Origin: Pseudomonadales bacterium
GTDB taxonomy: Bacteria > Patescibacteriota > Microgenomatia > UBA1400 > PJMF01
DNA length: 61,470 nucleotides
Direction of reading: 5' to 3'
NCBI GenBank assembly: GCA_020632235.1
Contig: JACKFY010000003.1
Location: forward strand, 160,139-221,608
The position numbers and the translations under genes were made by a program. A model generated the notes under the pieces. It ran no database searches, had not been told where the DNA came from, and saw only the letters and a list, made by a program, of their open reading frames with translations. Every line of letters begins with the position of its first letter. Within the stretch, counting starts at the first letter, position 1. Below, piece by piece: positions 38,053 to 48,146 of this stretch.

Positions 38053-39150
38053 CTACCATAATCGCGTAATGTCTCGAGCGGTGATAATGATAATCAACCC
38101 CATCAGCACAATGTAGCCTACCGAACCAGCCACTTCCTCAATTCGTTTTGAGCGGTGAGCACCGATAATGCGCTCCAAGATAATAAAAACTGCCCGCCCG
38201 CCATCCAGCGGCACAATGGGCAACACATTCATGATCGCTAAGTTGATAGAAAGCATGCCGGCAAACGAAAGCGCTGCTAAAAACCCGTCTTGAAACACCC
38301 CCAGCTCGCCTGCTTGCTGGACAATGCCGACTGGCCCGGCCAGGTCAGCTGGTAACGTTTGGTTACTGACTGCCTGCTGAACAAGACTGCCGAGCGCATC
38401 AAGAATCAACACACTCATCCCCAAGGCTTGCTGGGTACCATACACAGCTCCGCGCACCGGCATCTCGTACCAAGGGTATGTCTGCATGATGGGTGGGTCA
38501 AAGGCAACGCCCAGCGCTCCCTCTCCTTCTGGTGTTTCCTCGGCTGTTCTAATGTAGGCAGTTGTCTCTGTAGTCTGGGTGCACACCCCATCGTCTTGAC
38601 ACTCTCGAGTAGTAAGGGTGACATCACTCCCTGCGTGCTCCGAGATAAAGTACATCAGCTCATCTGCTGAGGTAATCTGCATACTGTCATCACCAGACTC
38701 AACCCGAGTTACTTCATTACCTGCCGTCAGCCCTGCCTGAGCTGCCGGTGAGCCCGGCGCAACCTCTACAAATCGCGCGGGGTAGTGGGGAATGCCGACA
38801 ATTGAGTAAATAACGGCAAACGCCAGCACGCCAAACACAAAGTTGACACTCGCCCCAGCCAAGATAGTCACTAGTTTTTTGACAACGCTAAGTTGAGAAA
38901 ACTTGCCCGTAAATTTTTTTGCGTCTTCCGCCTCGTCTTCCTCACCCCACAGCTTGACAAACCCACCAAAGGGAATCCAGTTGAGCGTCCACTCTGTCCC
39001 CCATTTCTCAAACAGTTTTTTGGCCCGCGGGGGGTAACCCAAGCCAAACTCTTCTACCTTGACCCCCGCCCATCGGGCTGCCAAGTAATGACCCAGCTCA
39101 TGGATGATAACTAAAAATGAAAGAATAAGAATTGAGTAGATAATAAACAT
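38053..39150 (-). CDS. rseP: Site-2 protease (M50, RseP-like) with PDZ domain
   Basis: IHELGH, PFGGFV, AGASVNF, PDZ (SPAAQAGL), NVLPIVPLDGG. Confidence 0.92.
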   Translation of the reverse strand: MFIIYSILILSFLVIIHELGHYLAARWAGVKVEEFGLGYPPRAKKLFEKWGTEWTLNWIPFGGFVKLWGEEDEAEDAKKFTGKFSQLSVVKKLVTILAGASVNFVFGVLAFAVIYSIVGIPHYPARFVEVAPGSPAAQAGLTAGNEVTRVESGDDSMQITSADELMYFISEHAGSDVTLTTRECQDDGVCTQTTETTAYIRTAEETPEGEGALGVAFDPPIMQTYPWYEMPVRGAVYGTQQALGMSVLILDALGSLVQQAVSNQTLPADLAGPVGIVQQAGELGVFQDGFLAALSFAGMLSINLAIMNVLPIVPLDGGRAVFIILERIIGAHRSKRIEEVAGSVGYIVLMGLIIIITARDITRLW

Positions 39151-39156
39151 AGCGTG

Positions 39157-39711
39157 TTACAGCTTGAGTAGCTCAGCCTCCTTTTTATCAGAGAGCGCGA
39201 CAAGTTGATCGGTGTACTGCTTGACAATCCCCTCTAGTTCTTCCAGTTGGGTGGTAATGTCATCTTCGCTCACCCCATCATCATCTTTGGTGTCTTCAAT
39301 GTCTTTTTTCAGCTCGCCCCGCTGTGTGCGCAACATAACTTTACCCGACTCAATCTTTTGGTGCAGTTGCTTGACTAGCTCTTTTCGCTGCTCGCCTGTG
39401 GGTGGGGTAACGGTGATTCTAATCATGTCGTCACTTACCACTGGGTTGAGGTTGAGGCCTGCAGTGGCAATTCCTTTTTCAATATCTGGCAAGAGTGCTT
39501 TATCCCAAGGGGTAACCGTTAGCAGAGTAGGGTCAGGTGCACTCACACTGGCTACCTCGATCAGCTTCATCGGCGCACCGTACGCCATCACCGTTACTGG
39601 GTCGAGCATCTGGGTAGTTGCCCTACCCGTGCGCAGTGTGGCGATGTCCTGCCCTACGTGAGAGAGGATATTTTCAAATGCTGCCTGAGCTGCTGCTTGT
39701 GTGTATGCCAT
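39157..39711 (-). CDS. frr: Ribosome recycling factor
   Basis: LRTGRA, V.AYG, PWDK, GLNLNP, PPTGEQRKELVK; start reassigned to 39711. Confidence 0.95.
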   Translation of the reverse strand: MAYTQAAAQAAFENILSHVGQDIATLRTGRATTQMLDPVTVMAYGAPMKLIEVASVSAPDPTLLTVTPWDKALLPDIEKGIATAGLNLNPVVSDDMIRITVTPPTGEQRKELVKQLHQKIESGKVMLRTQRGELKKDIEDTKDDDGVSEDDITTQLEELEGIVKQYTDQLVALSDKKEAELLKL

Positions 39712-39850
39712 AGACTTCCTTGGTGAAAAGCATTGTAGCAAATTCAGCTGATAGGTACTACTGGGAAGTTTGTTTAAAATGAACAAAAAAAGTACTCAAA
39801 ACCATTTCACAACCGTTTCACGACAACTACTACTTGAGAAATCCATTGTT

Positions 39851-40282
39851 TCACGGTGAAACAAAAAAACTATACACAAAGAAAAACAATCCCAGAAATG
39901 CCGCGCAGGTGTGAAACAGCTGGTACAAAATAGCAGAATCATTCTGCTTGATCCATGCGTACCTGCGAAACAATGGTGCCTGGTACTCATTACTAGAAAA
40001 CTGATGTGCCAACCAATAGAGCACTTCAACAACACTGCGAATGGTAAAAAAGAGCAAAAGATAACGTAATATCCACAGAGGATCCAAAAACAAAAATAGC
40101 ACTGATGATACTGCCCAAAATGGGGCCAAAACTAATCCATCACCCCACACAAAAACCCCCAGCGGCCATAAAACATGGGTATCTGTGTAAAAACCACTGT
40201 GACGAGAGTTTTTTCCTGCCTGCCAAAACACCACCACACTTACCAAAAACAAACAGAGACTGAGTAGTTGAGGTATGTTCAT
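39851..40282 (-). CDS. Hypothetical membrane protein
   Basis: 143 aa, about 4 TM; co-directional with neighbours. Confidence 0.7.
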   Translation of the reverse strand: MNIPQLLSLCLFLVSVVVFWQAGKNSRHSGFYTDTHVLWPLGVFVWGDGLVLAPFWAVSSVLFLFLDPLWILRYLLLFFTIRSVVEVLYWLAHQFSSNEYQAPLFRRYAWIKQNDSAILYQLFHTCAAFLGLFFFVYSFFVSP

Positions 40283-40287
40283 GCTGA

Positions 40288-40656
40288 TTACTCTAGTGAT
40301 AACTCCATCGAAACTGCAGGAAATGGTAGGTACTCATCGGCGGGGTCGGCTGCCTCAAGCTCTGCTTGCAGCTGGCGAATACGCCGCTCGTACTCATTCT
40401 CTTCAGGCGTGAACGCAGCAACTGAAGGCGATGGCTCTATCGAGGGCTGCACCAGAGGCGCGCTTGGTTTTCTATTGGTAAGAGCTACGGTTGAAAAAAG
40501 CAGCGCAGCTACCGCAACGCCGATGCCAATCAAAACCCTTTTCTTCTTGTACCACTTCGTGGATGTAGCACCATCGTCTGTTGCAGCTTGCTCTACAGAT
40601 AACACATCAGGGTCGTTGGTAAAGGTGGTTTGGTTTTCGCTTTGGTTTTTTTTCAT
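40288..40656 (-). CDS. Hypothetical single-TM protein
   Basis: 122 aa, KKKR then TM, P/S linker and short coiled coil. Confidence 0.7.
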   Translation of the reverse strand: MKKNQSENQTTFTNDPDVLSVEQAATDDGATSTKWYKKKRVLIGIGVAVAALLFSTVALTNRKPSAPLVQPSIEPSPSVAAFTPEENEYERRIRQLQAELEAADPADEYLPFPAVSMELSLE

Positions 40657-41532
40657 AGTTGCAGTAGTTCTGTAAGATAGCGAATACCTCTGGAGAGATC
40701 GGAGTACACACCGCCTAAATCCTCGCGCAACCGGCTGTAGTTGCTTTCCGACAAACCAGTGATGTTGGCAGTCTGCTGCTCGATAAGTACTGCGTGAGCA
40801 CTCTCAAACCGTGTATCAAGCTCGGCTACTGCGCGCTCGCGTTGAGCGCTAATAACCTGCGAGACTGGCTCTGTTTGCTGGTAGGACACCAACGATTCTT
40901 TTAAAATTTGTGACTTGTCATAGACAGCCTGGAGCTTACCCACTCTGAGCATCCCCAGTGTAAAGTAGGTGGTCGAGCGAATACCTGGGGCAATGCTGGC
41001 AAATGACCCACTGAGTGCTGCCACTTCTTCTCTTGTTGTGGCACTGCTAACCTGGGCAATATGCTGGCTTAGCTCTGATTTTCTGACCTCAATTTGCTGT
41101 AGCGCTTCTGCTTTTTTTGCCTCATCTACCCCTTCTGACAGAAGTACCTCGTATCGCGCGATGTCAAAGTATGTATGTAGCACATCACCTCGCAAACGAA
41201 ATGCTGTCTTGGTTGATCCAAGCAGCGACTCGAGTGCTGTTAAAGTTTGCAACTGCTGATAATCAGTCTTGGCCAAAAAGAAGTTTTTTTCTGCCTTGCG
41301 ATACTCTTCTATCTGCCCACGGTAGGTGGCGCGAAGCACTGCTTGCTCCTCCATCCAGGCTTGTTGCTGGGGGTTGACCACGATACTGCTGTTGGTAGAC
41401 TCTCGTTGCTCTGCTGGTGGTTCAGCTGCGATTGAAGCTTGTTGGTCCACCTCTTGAGCTCTGAGCGGCACAACCCTGCAGTAAGCAGACCGGCAAAAAC
41501 AGAAAGAATGTAGAGAATATATGGTGTTTCAT
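40653..41532 (-). CDS. Hypothetical secreted helical/coiled-coil protein (probable frameshift in the signal peptide)
   Basis: ORF 40653..41471; removing one G of the GGG run near 41475 links it to ATG 41532, giving MKHHIFSTFFLFLPVCLLQVVPLRAQE. Confidence 0.6.
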
Positions 41533-41623
41533 AGATACTATCGCTCAATTCAAACTACGGTACGCTCTCACTTAAATATACCGTACTGAGATTGATTGTT
41601 TCAAGACTCCCCTACCCCAAACG

Positions 41624-42475
41624 TCAACGCACATCTAGGTACTTTCCATACCCAGATTTTTCGAGCGGTCGGGCTAACTTCTCAAGTTGTTCTCTGTCTA
41701 TAAAACCCTGTTGATACGCGGTTAACTCTGGTGATGCGATAATCTTTCCTGTTCTGTTCTGCATCACCCGCACAAAGTCATTGGCATCAACTAGGCTGTC
41801 TATCGTGCCGGTGTCAAGCCAGACATCGCCAAACAAAGAAACCTTGAGCTCTCCCATCTGTAAGTAGGCATCAAGCACCGAGGTGATCTCGATCTCTCCT
41901 CTTTGGGATGGAGTAACTGCTTTAGCAATACGAGGAACTCTGTTGTCAAAAAAGTACAAGCCAGAGTTGGCGTAATGGGACTTTGGCTTTGCTGGTTTTT
42001 CCTCAATGGAGAGCACCTGCATCTCTTCATCAAACTCATAAATACCGTACCGCTCTGGGTTTTCAACCTCAACTGCAAAGCCCATGCCTCCGGTGAAGTC
42101 CGCCACCGCTGTCTGCAGTTGCTCTGCCAAATCTGCACCGTAAAAAATATTGTCTCCCAAAATCATAGCCACAGAGTCACTGCCGATGAAGTCTTCGCCC
42201 ACTATAAATGCGTCTGCCAACCCACAAGGTTTTTCTTGCACAGCATACTCTAGTTGAACTCCCCATTGTGAGCCATCTAACAGCAATGACTTGAACTTCG
42301 GCTGATCTTCTGGCGTAGTGATAATCAAGATTTCTTGTATGCCAGCCTGCATCAGGGTAGACAGCGGATAGTAGATCATTGGTTTGTCATAAATCGGCAT
42401 CAATTGCTTGCAGACTGCTTGAGTAATAGGAAACAGCCGAGAGCCCGTTCCACCTGCCAAGATAATGCCTTTCAT
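41624..42475 (-). CDS. rmlA: Glucose-1-phosphate thymidylyltransferase
   Basis: KGIILAGGTGSRL, KQLMPIYDKPMIYYPL, LGDNIF, RGEIEIT, WLDTGT. Confidence 0.97.
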   Translation of the reverse strand: MKGIILAGGTGSRLFPITQAVCKQLMPIYDKPMIYYPLSTLMQAGIQEILIITTPEDQPKFKSLLLDGSQWGVQLEYAVQEKPCGLADAFIVGEDFIGSDSVAMILGDNIFYGADLAEQLQTAVADFTGGMGFAVEVENPERYGIYEFDEEMQVLSIEEKPAKPKSHYANSGLYFFDNRVPRIAKAVTPSQRGEIEITSVLDAYLQMGELKVSLFGDVWLDTGTIDSLVDANDFVRVMQNRTGKIIASPELTAYQQGFIDREQLEKLARPLEKSGYGKYLDVR

Positions 42476-42505
42476 ACACTCCCTCTCTGTTTTTTTATAC
42501 TAAAG

Positions 42506-42775
42506 CTACAGCGTGATGACATACAGTGCGCTGCCAGCTACCAGCGATAGTACCACATACTCTATAGCGATGCTTTTTGTAAGAGTATTGCTGCGAAGAT
42601 GCGCCATCCAACCCCAAATACAGTAAAAACAGGTAAAGAAAAAGATAAGCACGCGCGCAAGTGATTTATTTGGCCAAACAGATAGAAAGAGTGCAACAAA
42701 CACCACTAGAAACAACACAAGCGAGACATACGAGCGAACACTATGCGCTGTACTATTTTTGTGGATACGTCTCAT
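42506..42775 (-). CDS. Small hypothetical membrane protein
   Basis: 89 aa, 3 TM, YCIWG..H..IAIEY pattern. Confidence 0.65.
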   Translation of the reverse strand: MRRIHKNSTAHSVRSYVSLVLFLVVFVALFLSVWPNKSLARVLIFFFTCFYCIWGWMAHLRSNTLTKSIAIEYVVLSLVAGSALYVITL

Positions 42776-43659
42776 ATCACTACTCCGCTTTTGATACTCA
42801 AGAGCAATGCAATAACAACTAAAAACACCAGCACGTGCGCCGTTGACGCACCAACATTGCGCCCTAGTGTCAACCGACTGGCTACCAAGTGGTCATACAA
42901 AAATAATATCACCAGTAACGTCAAGACAATACCAATAGCTACCTGTAAAACTAAAAAAGGTGAAACCGTTTGCGCTACCCCTTGGGTTGTAGCAACCAGC
43001 GAAGACGAGGTTGGTGAAGCCTGAGTTGTGCTGGTCCCCACTACGCCAACGCTACCCTCTATTACTGGGTCCTGACCAACCAACCTAGGGAGAGCAAACA
43101 GCTGCACCACAACAGTGGTCTGGACACCATCAAGCATGCCGGTAGCCAAACCGATACCCGTTTGGGTATAGCGCGGATGCACAATATTTGCCCGGTGCGT
43201 TGGCGAACGCATCCAGGCCTCCACCATTCTGGGTGTTGTATCAAAATCTCTGGCCAAGTTTTCACCAGCCAGTTGATAGGAGTACCCAACCTCATCGATA
43301 AATGCCCACGGCTCCTCACCCGAGGGTGTGGTGTGTGCCCAGTACTGCTTTTCTAGCATATCAGCAGCCTTGTGCTGGGCAGCTTGTGAAAGGAGGGTGT
43401 TTTCTACCAACGCTTCAAGCCCTCTGTTTTGTCGTTCTTGATTCGTCTGGCTGAGCACTTGCAAAGTAGTAATACTTGAAGTATATCCAAGCACTACTCC
43501 ATGTGAACTAGTGGTATGCCCCACAAGCAACAGCCACAAAGGAAGTACCACCAGACAGGCTAAAAAACCCAGTAAGGCAGGTGTGTGGAGAAGACGAGCC
43601 CGATAATTATTGGTATGACCTGGAGTAACAAAGTGGTGAAAGGTGGAGCGAAACATCAT
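42772..43659 (-). CDS. CAP (SCP/Tpx-1) domain membrane protein
   Basis: TNQER, LSQAAQHKAADM, YWAH, AGENLA, WMRSPTHRANI. Confidence 0.9.
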   Translation of the reverse strand: MMFRSTFHHFVTPGHTNNYRARLLHTPALLGFLACLVVLPLWLLLVGHTTSSHGVVLGYTSSITTLQVLSQTNQERQNRGLEALVENTLLSQAAQHKAADMLEKQYWAHTTPSGEEPWAFIDEVGYSYQLAGENLARDFDTTPRMVEAWMRSPTHRANIVHPRYTQTGIGLATGMLDGVQTTVVVQLFALPRLVGQDPVIEGSVGVVGTSTTQASPTSSSLVATTQGVAQTVSPFLVLQVAIGIVLTLLVILFLYDHLVASRLTLGRNVGASTAHVLVFLVVIALLLSIKSGVVI

Positions 43660-43691
43660 CTACCACTATAGCAGAGATGCAAGAACACATG

Positions 43692-44879
43692 CTACAACTG
43701 CAAGATGTTGAGTGGTGGAGATAATTCTGAAGTGTTACCGACCACATCTCTGACTCTCAGGCGCATAAACTGCTGTTCGTCAGTTGGCTCAAAGACTCTT
43801 AACCACTCAAATGACCCTTCAGGAACGCTCTGGAAAGTCAAGTTGGCAGAGGATGATGATACAAACCAGTCGTGAAACACCGGTTGCCAAGAGTATGGAC
43901 CAGCAGCCTGTGAGGCTACAGCTGTTTGCAACACAGCGCCAGTGTCTTGATATGCCTCATCACCATATCGCAGCATGAGTTCTCCCTTGCTCCACTCAAA
44001 CTCTCCTGTGGTGGGGAGGGTGGGTGGGGTGGCGTCTGCAATAAGCGTCGTATTGATCATAGATACAAGATCGGCAGAGTCTTGGGCAGTGATAACGGCG
44101 GGAGACAGTTGATCATGGTAGTAGGTATAGATCAGCTCGGTATCTTGACAAGTCTGGAGTGAATCTAGTTGCAGGCAGATGTCTGCTGGTTCATTGGTGG
44201 TGATGCGCAGCGACTCACCAGCCCGAAGAGCGATGTTCTGTGTCTGTACATTAGCTATCTTGATTGTCGCAGAAGTATGGGGAAATACTGCCCGAGACCA
44301 AAAAGTCAATAGTTCTGGAGTACCCGCAGGCAAGCGGGCAAAGCCTTGGTGCCACTCGCCATCAGTATCGCTGCTACTTGGCTGAAACACAACATCACTG
44401 CCGTACGTGACTTGAAATAACCGCTCGCGCATAACGTCTGAGTACTCATGAGGTGTAACTGCATACCAAAATGAAAGAACCTGTTCTGAGCTAGGAGAAA
44501 ACGCTGTGCTAATCAAGGCGGGTGAGTTGTGTTCTGCCTGCAAAACAGCAACTTGAGCGCTGGTCGAGGCCGTAGGAATGCTGTCCAAACCAACAGATAC
44601 ACTACCCTGAGTGGTCCAATCAACCAATCCTTCTTGAAACGAGCCGTTGGAGATGTACTCAACGATCTGTGTTTCGGCACCCGTTTCACCCAGGTGAAAG
44701 AGTGACATTTCTGGTGGCACCCAGTCGCCACTCTGCAGTAAGATAGACAACGATGAAACTGGCGCGCTAAAGTATGCGCGGGCAGGACTGCCCGCGCAGG
44801 CCAGCACCGCTACTGCACACGCAGTAGCGGCACATACCCCAGTCATCACAGTGTTACAGCGCTGGCCAAACATCTGCAT
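43692..44879 (-). CDS. Hypothetical secreted protein with a SipW-type signal-like motif
   Basis: Hydrophobic N-terminus ending ARAYFS..GDWVPP; beta-rich body. Confidence 0.6.
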   Translation of the reverse strand: MQMFGQRCNTVMTGVCAATACAVAVLACAGSPARAYFSAPVSSLSILLQSGDWVPPEMSLFHLGETGAETQIVEYISNGSFQEGLVDWTTQGSVSVGLDSIPTASTSAQVAVLQAEHNSPALISTAFSPSSEQVLSFWYAVTPHEYSDVMRERLFQVTYGSDVVFQPSSSDTDGEWHQGFARLPAGTPELLTFWSRAVFPHTSATIKIANVQTQNIALRAGESLRITTNEPADICLQLDSLQTCQDTELIYTYYHDQLSPAVITAQDSADLVSMINTTLIADATPPTLPTTGEFEWSKGELMLRYGDEAYQDTGAVLQTAVASQAAGPYSWQPVFHDWFVSSSSANLTFQSVPEGSFEWLRVFEPTDEQQFMRLRVRDVVGNTSELSPPLNILQL

Positions 44880-45390
44880 CGATCTGTTTTGCCCCCATCA
44901 CCACGTTGGTAGCAATATCTTGGGCTTGATACTCGTTGCCTGCCTCAGAAGCAAGCGAGATACTTGCCCGATACTGCACGCTCTGACTAGGCAAGAGCGA
45001 GAGCAAGTTTGACTCTGACCCATCATCGCTATAGAAAAAGACCCCTTCACTAGAAACTTGCACCGGCTCCCACACACCAGCGTTATTCCTCTCGATGCTC
45101 TCAACGGTCAGATAAGAGCTGTCGAGCGAGCTGTCAACAAACGTAGGGTTGATGCTTCCCATCAAGTGCAACTCTCTATCTCCGCTGTTTGTCGCACTCC
45201 ACCCTACTTGGACTGACTCTCCTGGCAACAGCGTGTCGGCACTACCTGTAGTTTCAGATGCAAGCTCAATCTCAAGCGTTGCGGTGCCAAATGAGCCTAT
45301 GTTGAGCGTCTTGACGCTGGTAAAGTAGGCATACGCTACTCCTACTACCAGACACAGCGCTGTGAGCGCAAACACCATTCTTTTTTTCAT
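44854..45390 (-). CDS. TasA/CalY (camelysin M73)-like protein with SipW-dependent-type signal peptide
   Basis: MKKR..VGVAYAYFTS..FGTATLEI, LLPGES, V.NSG, GNEYQ. Confidence 0.75.
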   Translation of the reverse strand: MKKRMVFALTALCLVVGVAYAYFTSVKTLNIGSFGTATLEIELASETTGSADTLLPGESVQVGWSATNSGDRELHLMGSINPTFVDSSLDSSYLTVESIERNNAGVWEPVQVSSEGVFFYSDDGSESNLLSLLPSQSVQYRASISLASEAGNEYQAQDIATNVVMGAKQIDADVWPAL

Positions 45391-45535
45391 ACCACCCTTT
45401 CCTAGTATGTTGTACTAGTTTGGTAGTGTAGAGGGTGTTTCTTACACAAAGATGACGCCCAAGCAGTAATAGCAATTGCAACACATCAGTGCTACACTAA
45501 CCACTCATTAGGAAACTACAAAACGAAAGCACACT

Positions 45536-45826
45536 ATGGCATCAAATCCACTCTCCATGCTTGGCGATCTCAATAAACTACGCCAACAGGCAAAACAAAT
45601 GCAGCAAGACCTAGCTGCCGAAGAAATTCGCATTGAAGAAGGTGATATCGTGGTCGTCATCACAGGAGCACAAGAAATCACTCATTTCTCAGTCCAGGGC
45701 ATCACCAGTGACGCCGCAGTCAAGGCTTTGAACAAAGCAATTAAACAGTCGCAAGAAATGGCAGCTAAGAAACTGCAGAACATGACTGGCGGCTTGGGTG
45801 GGCTCATGGGTAGTGGTGCAAACTAA
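45536..45826 (+). CDS. YbaB/EbfC nucleoid-associated protein
   Basis: QQAKQMQQDLA, VVITGAQEI, ALNKAIKQSQ. Confidence 0.85.
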   Translation: MASNPLSMLGDLNKLRQQAKQMQQDLAAEEIRIEEGDIVVVITGAQEITHFSVQGITSDAAVKALNKAIKQSQEMAAKKLQNMTGGLGGLMGSGAN

Positions 45827-46418
45827 CACCCTGCTGTTTGCCACCAACAACCACCATAAACTAGAAGAGGCGCGTAGCATACTTGCCGCCGTTGGTGTTG
45901 ACGTGCTTTCTTTATCTGATCTTGAGGAAACCAAGCACATTTCAGACATACCAGAAACGGGCAGCACATTTGAGGGAAATGCCCAGCAAAAACTTGATTT
46001 CGTCTGGCAACAGTATGCCAAGCTGCCCGTTATGGCAGATGATTCTGGGCTTGAGGTGACAGCACTAGACAACCAACCTGGCGTGCGCAGTAAACGCTGG
46101 GTAGCAGGCAGCGATAACGACCGGGTTGCGTACTTACTCCAAAAAATTGAGGGAAACAGTGACCGCACTGCACAGTTCGTCACTTCACTTTGCTATAGAG
46201 AAAGTGAAGAACAGAGCGTTCTTTTTTTTACTGGAGTAGTGAAAGGCATAATAGCCGAAAAGCCAAGGGGAAAAAATGGTTTTGGCTATGATCCTGTGTT
46301 TATTCCACATGGCTACAACAACACATTTGCAGAGTTGAGTCAGAGCAGTAAAAACACCCTCTCGCATCGAGCGCTGGCATTTCACGCTCTTGTCAAACAC
46401 CTCACAAAGGAGGTATAA
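45816..46418 (+). CDS. rdgB: Non-canonical purine NTP pyrophosphatase (RdgB/HAM1)
   Basis: ATNNHHK, ETGSTFEGNA, ADDSGL, PGVRS, GFGYDPVF, SHR. Confidence 0.95.
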   Translation: MQTNTLLFATNNHHKLEEARSILAAVGVDVLSLSDLEETKHISDIPETGSTFEGNAQQKLDFVWQQYAKLPVMADDSGLEVTALDNQPGVRSKRWVAGSDNDRVAYLLQKIEGNSDRTAQFVTSLCYRESEEQSVLFFTGVVKGIIAEKPRGKNGFGYDPVFIPHGYNNTFAELSQSSKNTLSHRALAFHALVKHLTKEV

Positions 46419-46427
46419 CCACACCCT

Positions 46428-47627
46428 ATGTACGCTCCCGATACAAAAACTCTCACTGCCTACGCCCACGTGCTCGTCAACTACGCACTCAATTCTGGCG
46501 CAGGAGTCAAAGCCGGTGAAGTAGTGTACTGCGGCGTACCAGATGTGGCCAAGCCGCTCGCCCTAGCCCTACAAACAGCTATCCTCAAGGCAGGCGCTCA
46601 CCCCATGATGCAACTCTCGCCCACAGGCTTTGACAAAGACTTCTACCAGCACGCGGGGCCCGAACAGCTCACCTTTTTCCCTGAAACTTACCTAAGGGAA
46701 CGCGCCAACTTGATTGACCACACGATCGGCATTATTGCCGAGGTCGACCCGTATGAACTATCTGAAACTGACCCAGCCAAGATCATGGCAGCCCGAAATG
46801 CCCGCAAGCCCTACCGCGACTGGCTGGTAGAGAAAGAAAATGCTGGTGCGTTTACCTGGACTATTGCCCTCTGGGGCACCCGGGCTAAGGCTGATATTGT
46901 CGGTCTTTCGCTAGAAGAATACTGGCAGCAAATTATCAAGGCATGCTACCTTGATGCTGCCGACCCCATCTATGAGTGGAAGCAGCTGTCTGGACTGAGA
47001 GATACCATTAAAGAAAAACTCAACGCGTTGTGCATTGAGTGGCTACATATACAAGGCAATGATGCTGATCTTCACGTTCAGCTAGGAGAAAACAGAGTAT
47101 GGCAGGGTGGCGGTGGGCGCAACATCCCCAGCTTTGAGATCTTTACCTCTCCCGACTGGCGCGGCACGCATGGCTGGATCCGGTTTAATCAGCCAGTCTA
47201 TAGATATGGTTCAAAAATAGATGGCGTACGACTTGAGTTTAATGATGGGCTGGTCACCAAGGCCGAGGCACAAGAGGGTGAGGCACTCCTGCATGAAATG
47301 CTCAAGACCCCTAACGCCAATAAAGTAGGTGAGTTTTCCCTCACAGACTCCAGAATGTCACGCATCACCCACACTATGGCAGAAACTCTGTTTGATGAAA
47401 ACATTGGCGGCCCATACGGCAACACGCACCTGGCTATTGGCTCTGCGTATCATGATTGCTATCGAGGCAACCCCGCACACGTCTCCAAACAAGAGTGGCG
47501 AGAGATGGGCTTTAATGACTCTGCCGAGCACACCGACATCGTTAGTACTACTGATAGAACGGTAACAGCAACGCTGAATTCTGGCGAAAAGAAAGTGATT
47601 TATAAAGATGGGCAGTTTGCTGTCTAA
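46428..47627 (+). CDS. Aminopeptidase, M29 (AmpS/AmpT) family
   Basis: NIPSFEIFT, GEFSL, LFDENIG, HLAIGSAY, NDSAEHTD. Confidence 0.92.
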   Translation: MYAPDTKTLTAYAHVLVNYALNSGAGVKAGEVVYCGVPDVAKPLALALQTAILKAGAHPMMQLSPTGFDKDFYQHAGPEQLTFFPETYLRERANLIDHTIGIIAEVDPYELSETDPAKIMAARNARKPYRDWLVEKENAGAFTWTIALWGTRAKADIVGLSLEEYWQQIIKACYLDAADPIYEWKQLSGLRDTIKEKLNALCIEWLHIQGNDADLHVQLGENRVWQGGGGRNIPSFEIFTSPDWRGTHGWIRFNQPVYRYGSKIDGVRLEFNDGLVTKAEAQEGEALLHEMLKTPNANKVGEFSLTDSRMSRITHTMAETLFDENIGGPYGNTHLAIGSAYHDCYRGNPAHVSKQEWREMGFNDSAEHTDIVSTTDRTVTATLNSGEKKVIYKDGQFAV

Positions 47628-47642
47628 AACGAATAGCGAGTA

Positions 47643-48119
47643 CTACTCACTAAGATTTTCAATTCGGGGTTGCTGTTTGTACGTTGAGATAAGAACCTCT
47701 CCTACAACGTCTCTATAATCTTCTCGCTTTTCTTGGTGGCGAAGCACTGCTGTAAAACTCAGTGAGGCGTATGGTTTGTTTTTTGGTTTTTTTGTATCAA
47801 CAAATTTTACTTCAAGATCATCTAGGCTTTCTATCACGAAATCTTGCAACTCAGCTGTGTTTGCAATCTTTGAAAGTGTGTCGTCAATGATAAATCTTAG
47901 TGCAGCTTCAGCGCATTCTTCTGCCAAATTGTATAAATCTGTACCTGATCTGTAACCAATAGCAGTTTGAATCGCAGAGGCTAGTGCTGGAACCTTCAAA
48001 GTCAAACTAAGCTCATTCCAGTATTCTTCAGGAGATTTTTTTGATAAAAGGACTACGTCACCCCCCCCCGCTCTAAAGAGATCAACACGAACACCCATTT
48101 TTTCAGCATATGTAACCAT
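47643..48119 (-). CDS. Hypothetical protein, AT-richer than its neighbours, with a G9 tract
   Basis: 158-aa ORF filling the gap between the aminopeptidase and fbaB; no family recognised. Confidence 0.6.
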   Translation of the reverse strand: MVTYAEKMGVRVDLFRAGGGDVVLLSKKSPEEYWNELSLTLKVPALASAIQTAIGYRSGTDLYNLAEECAEAALRFIIDDTLSKIANTAELQDFVIESLDDLEVKFVDTKKPKNKPYASLSFTAVLRHQEKREDYRDVVGEVLISTYKQQPRIENLSE

Positions 48120-48146
48120 AGAATAATAATATCAAATGATATCAAT

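Noticed and set aside
41556-41585. 7-bp inverted repeat TACGGTA/TACCGTA downstream of rmlA
   Set aside because: Short stem, 16-nt loop and no U-tract; could be chance.
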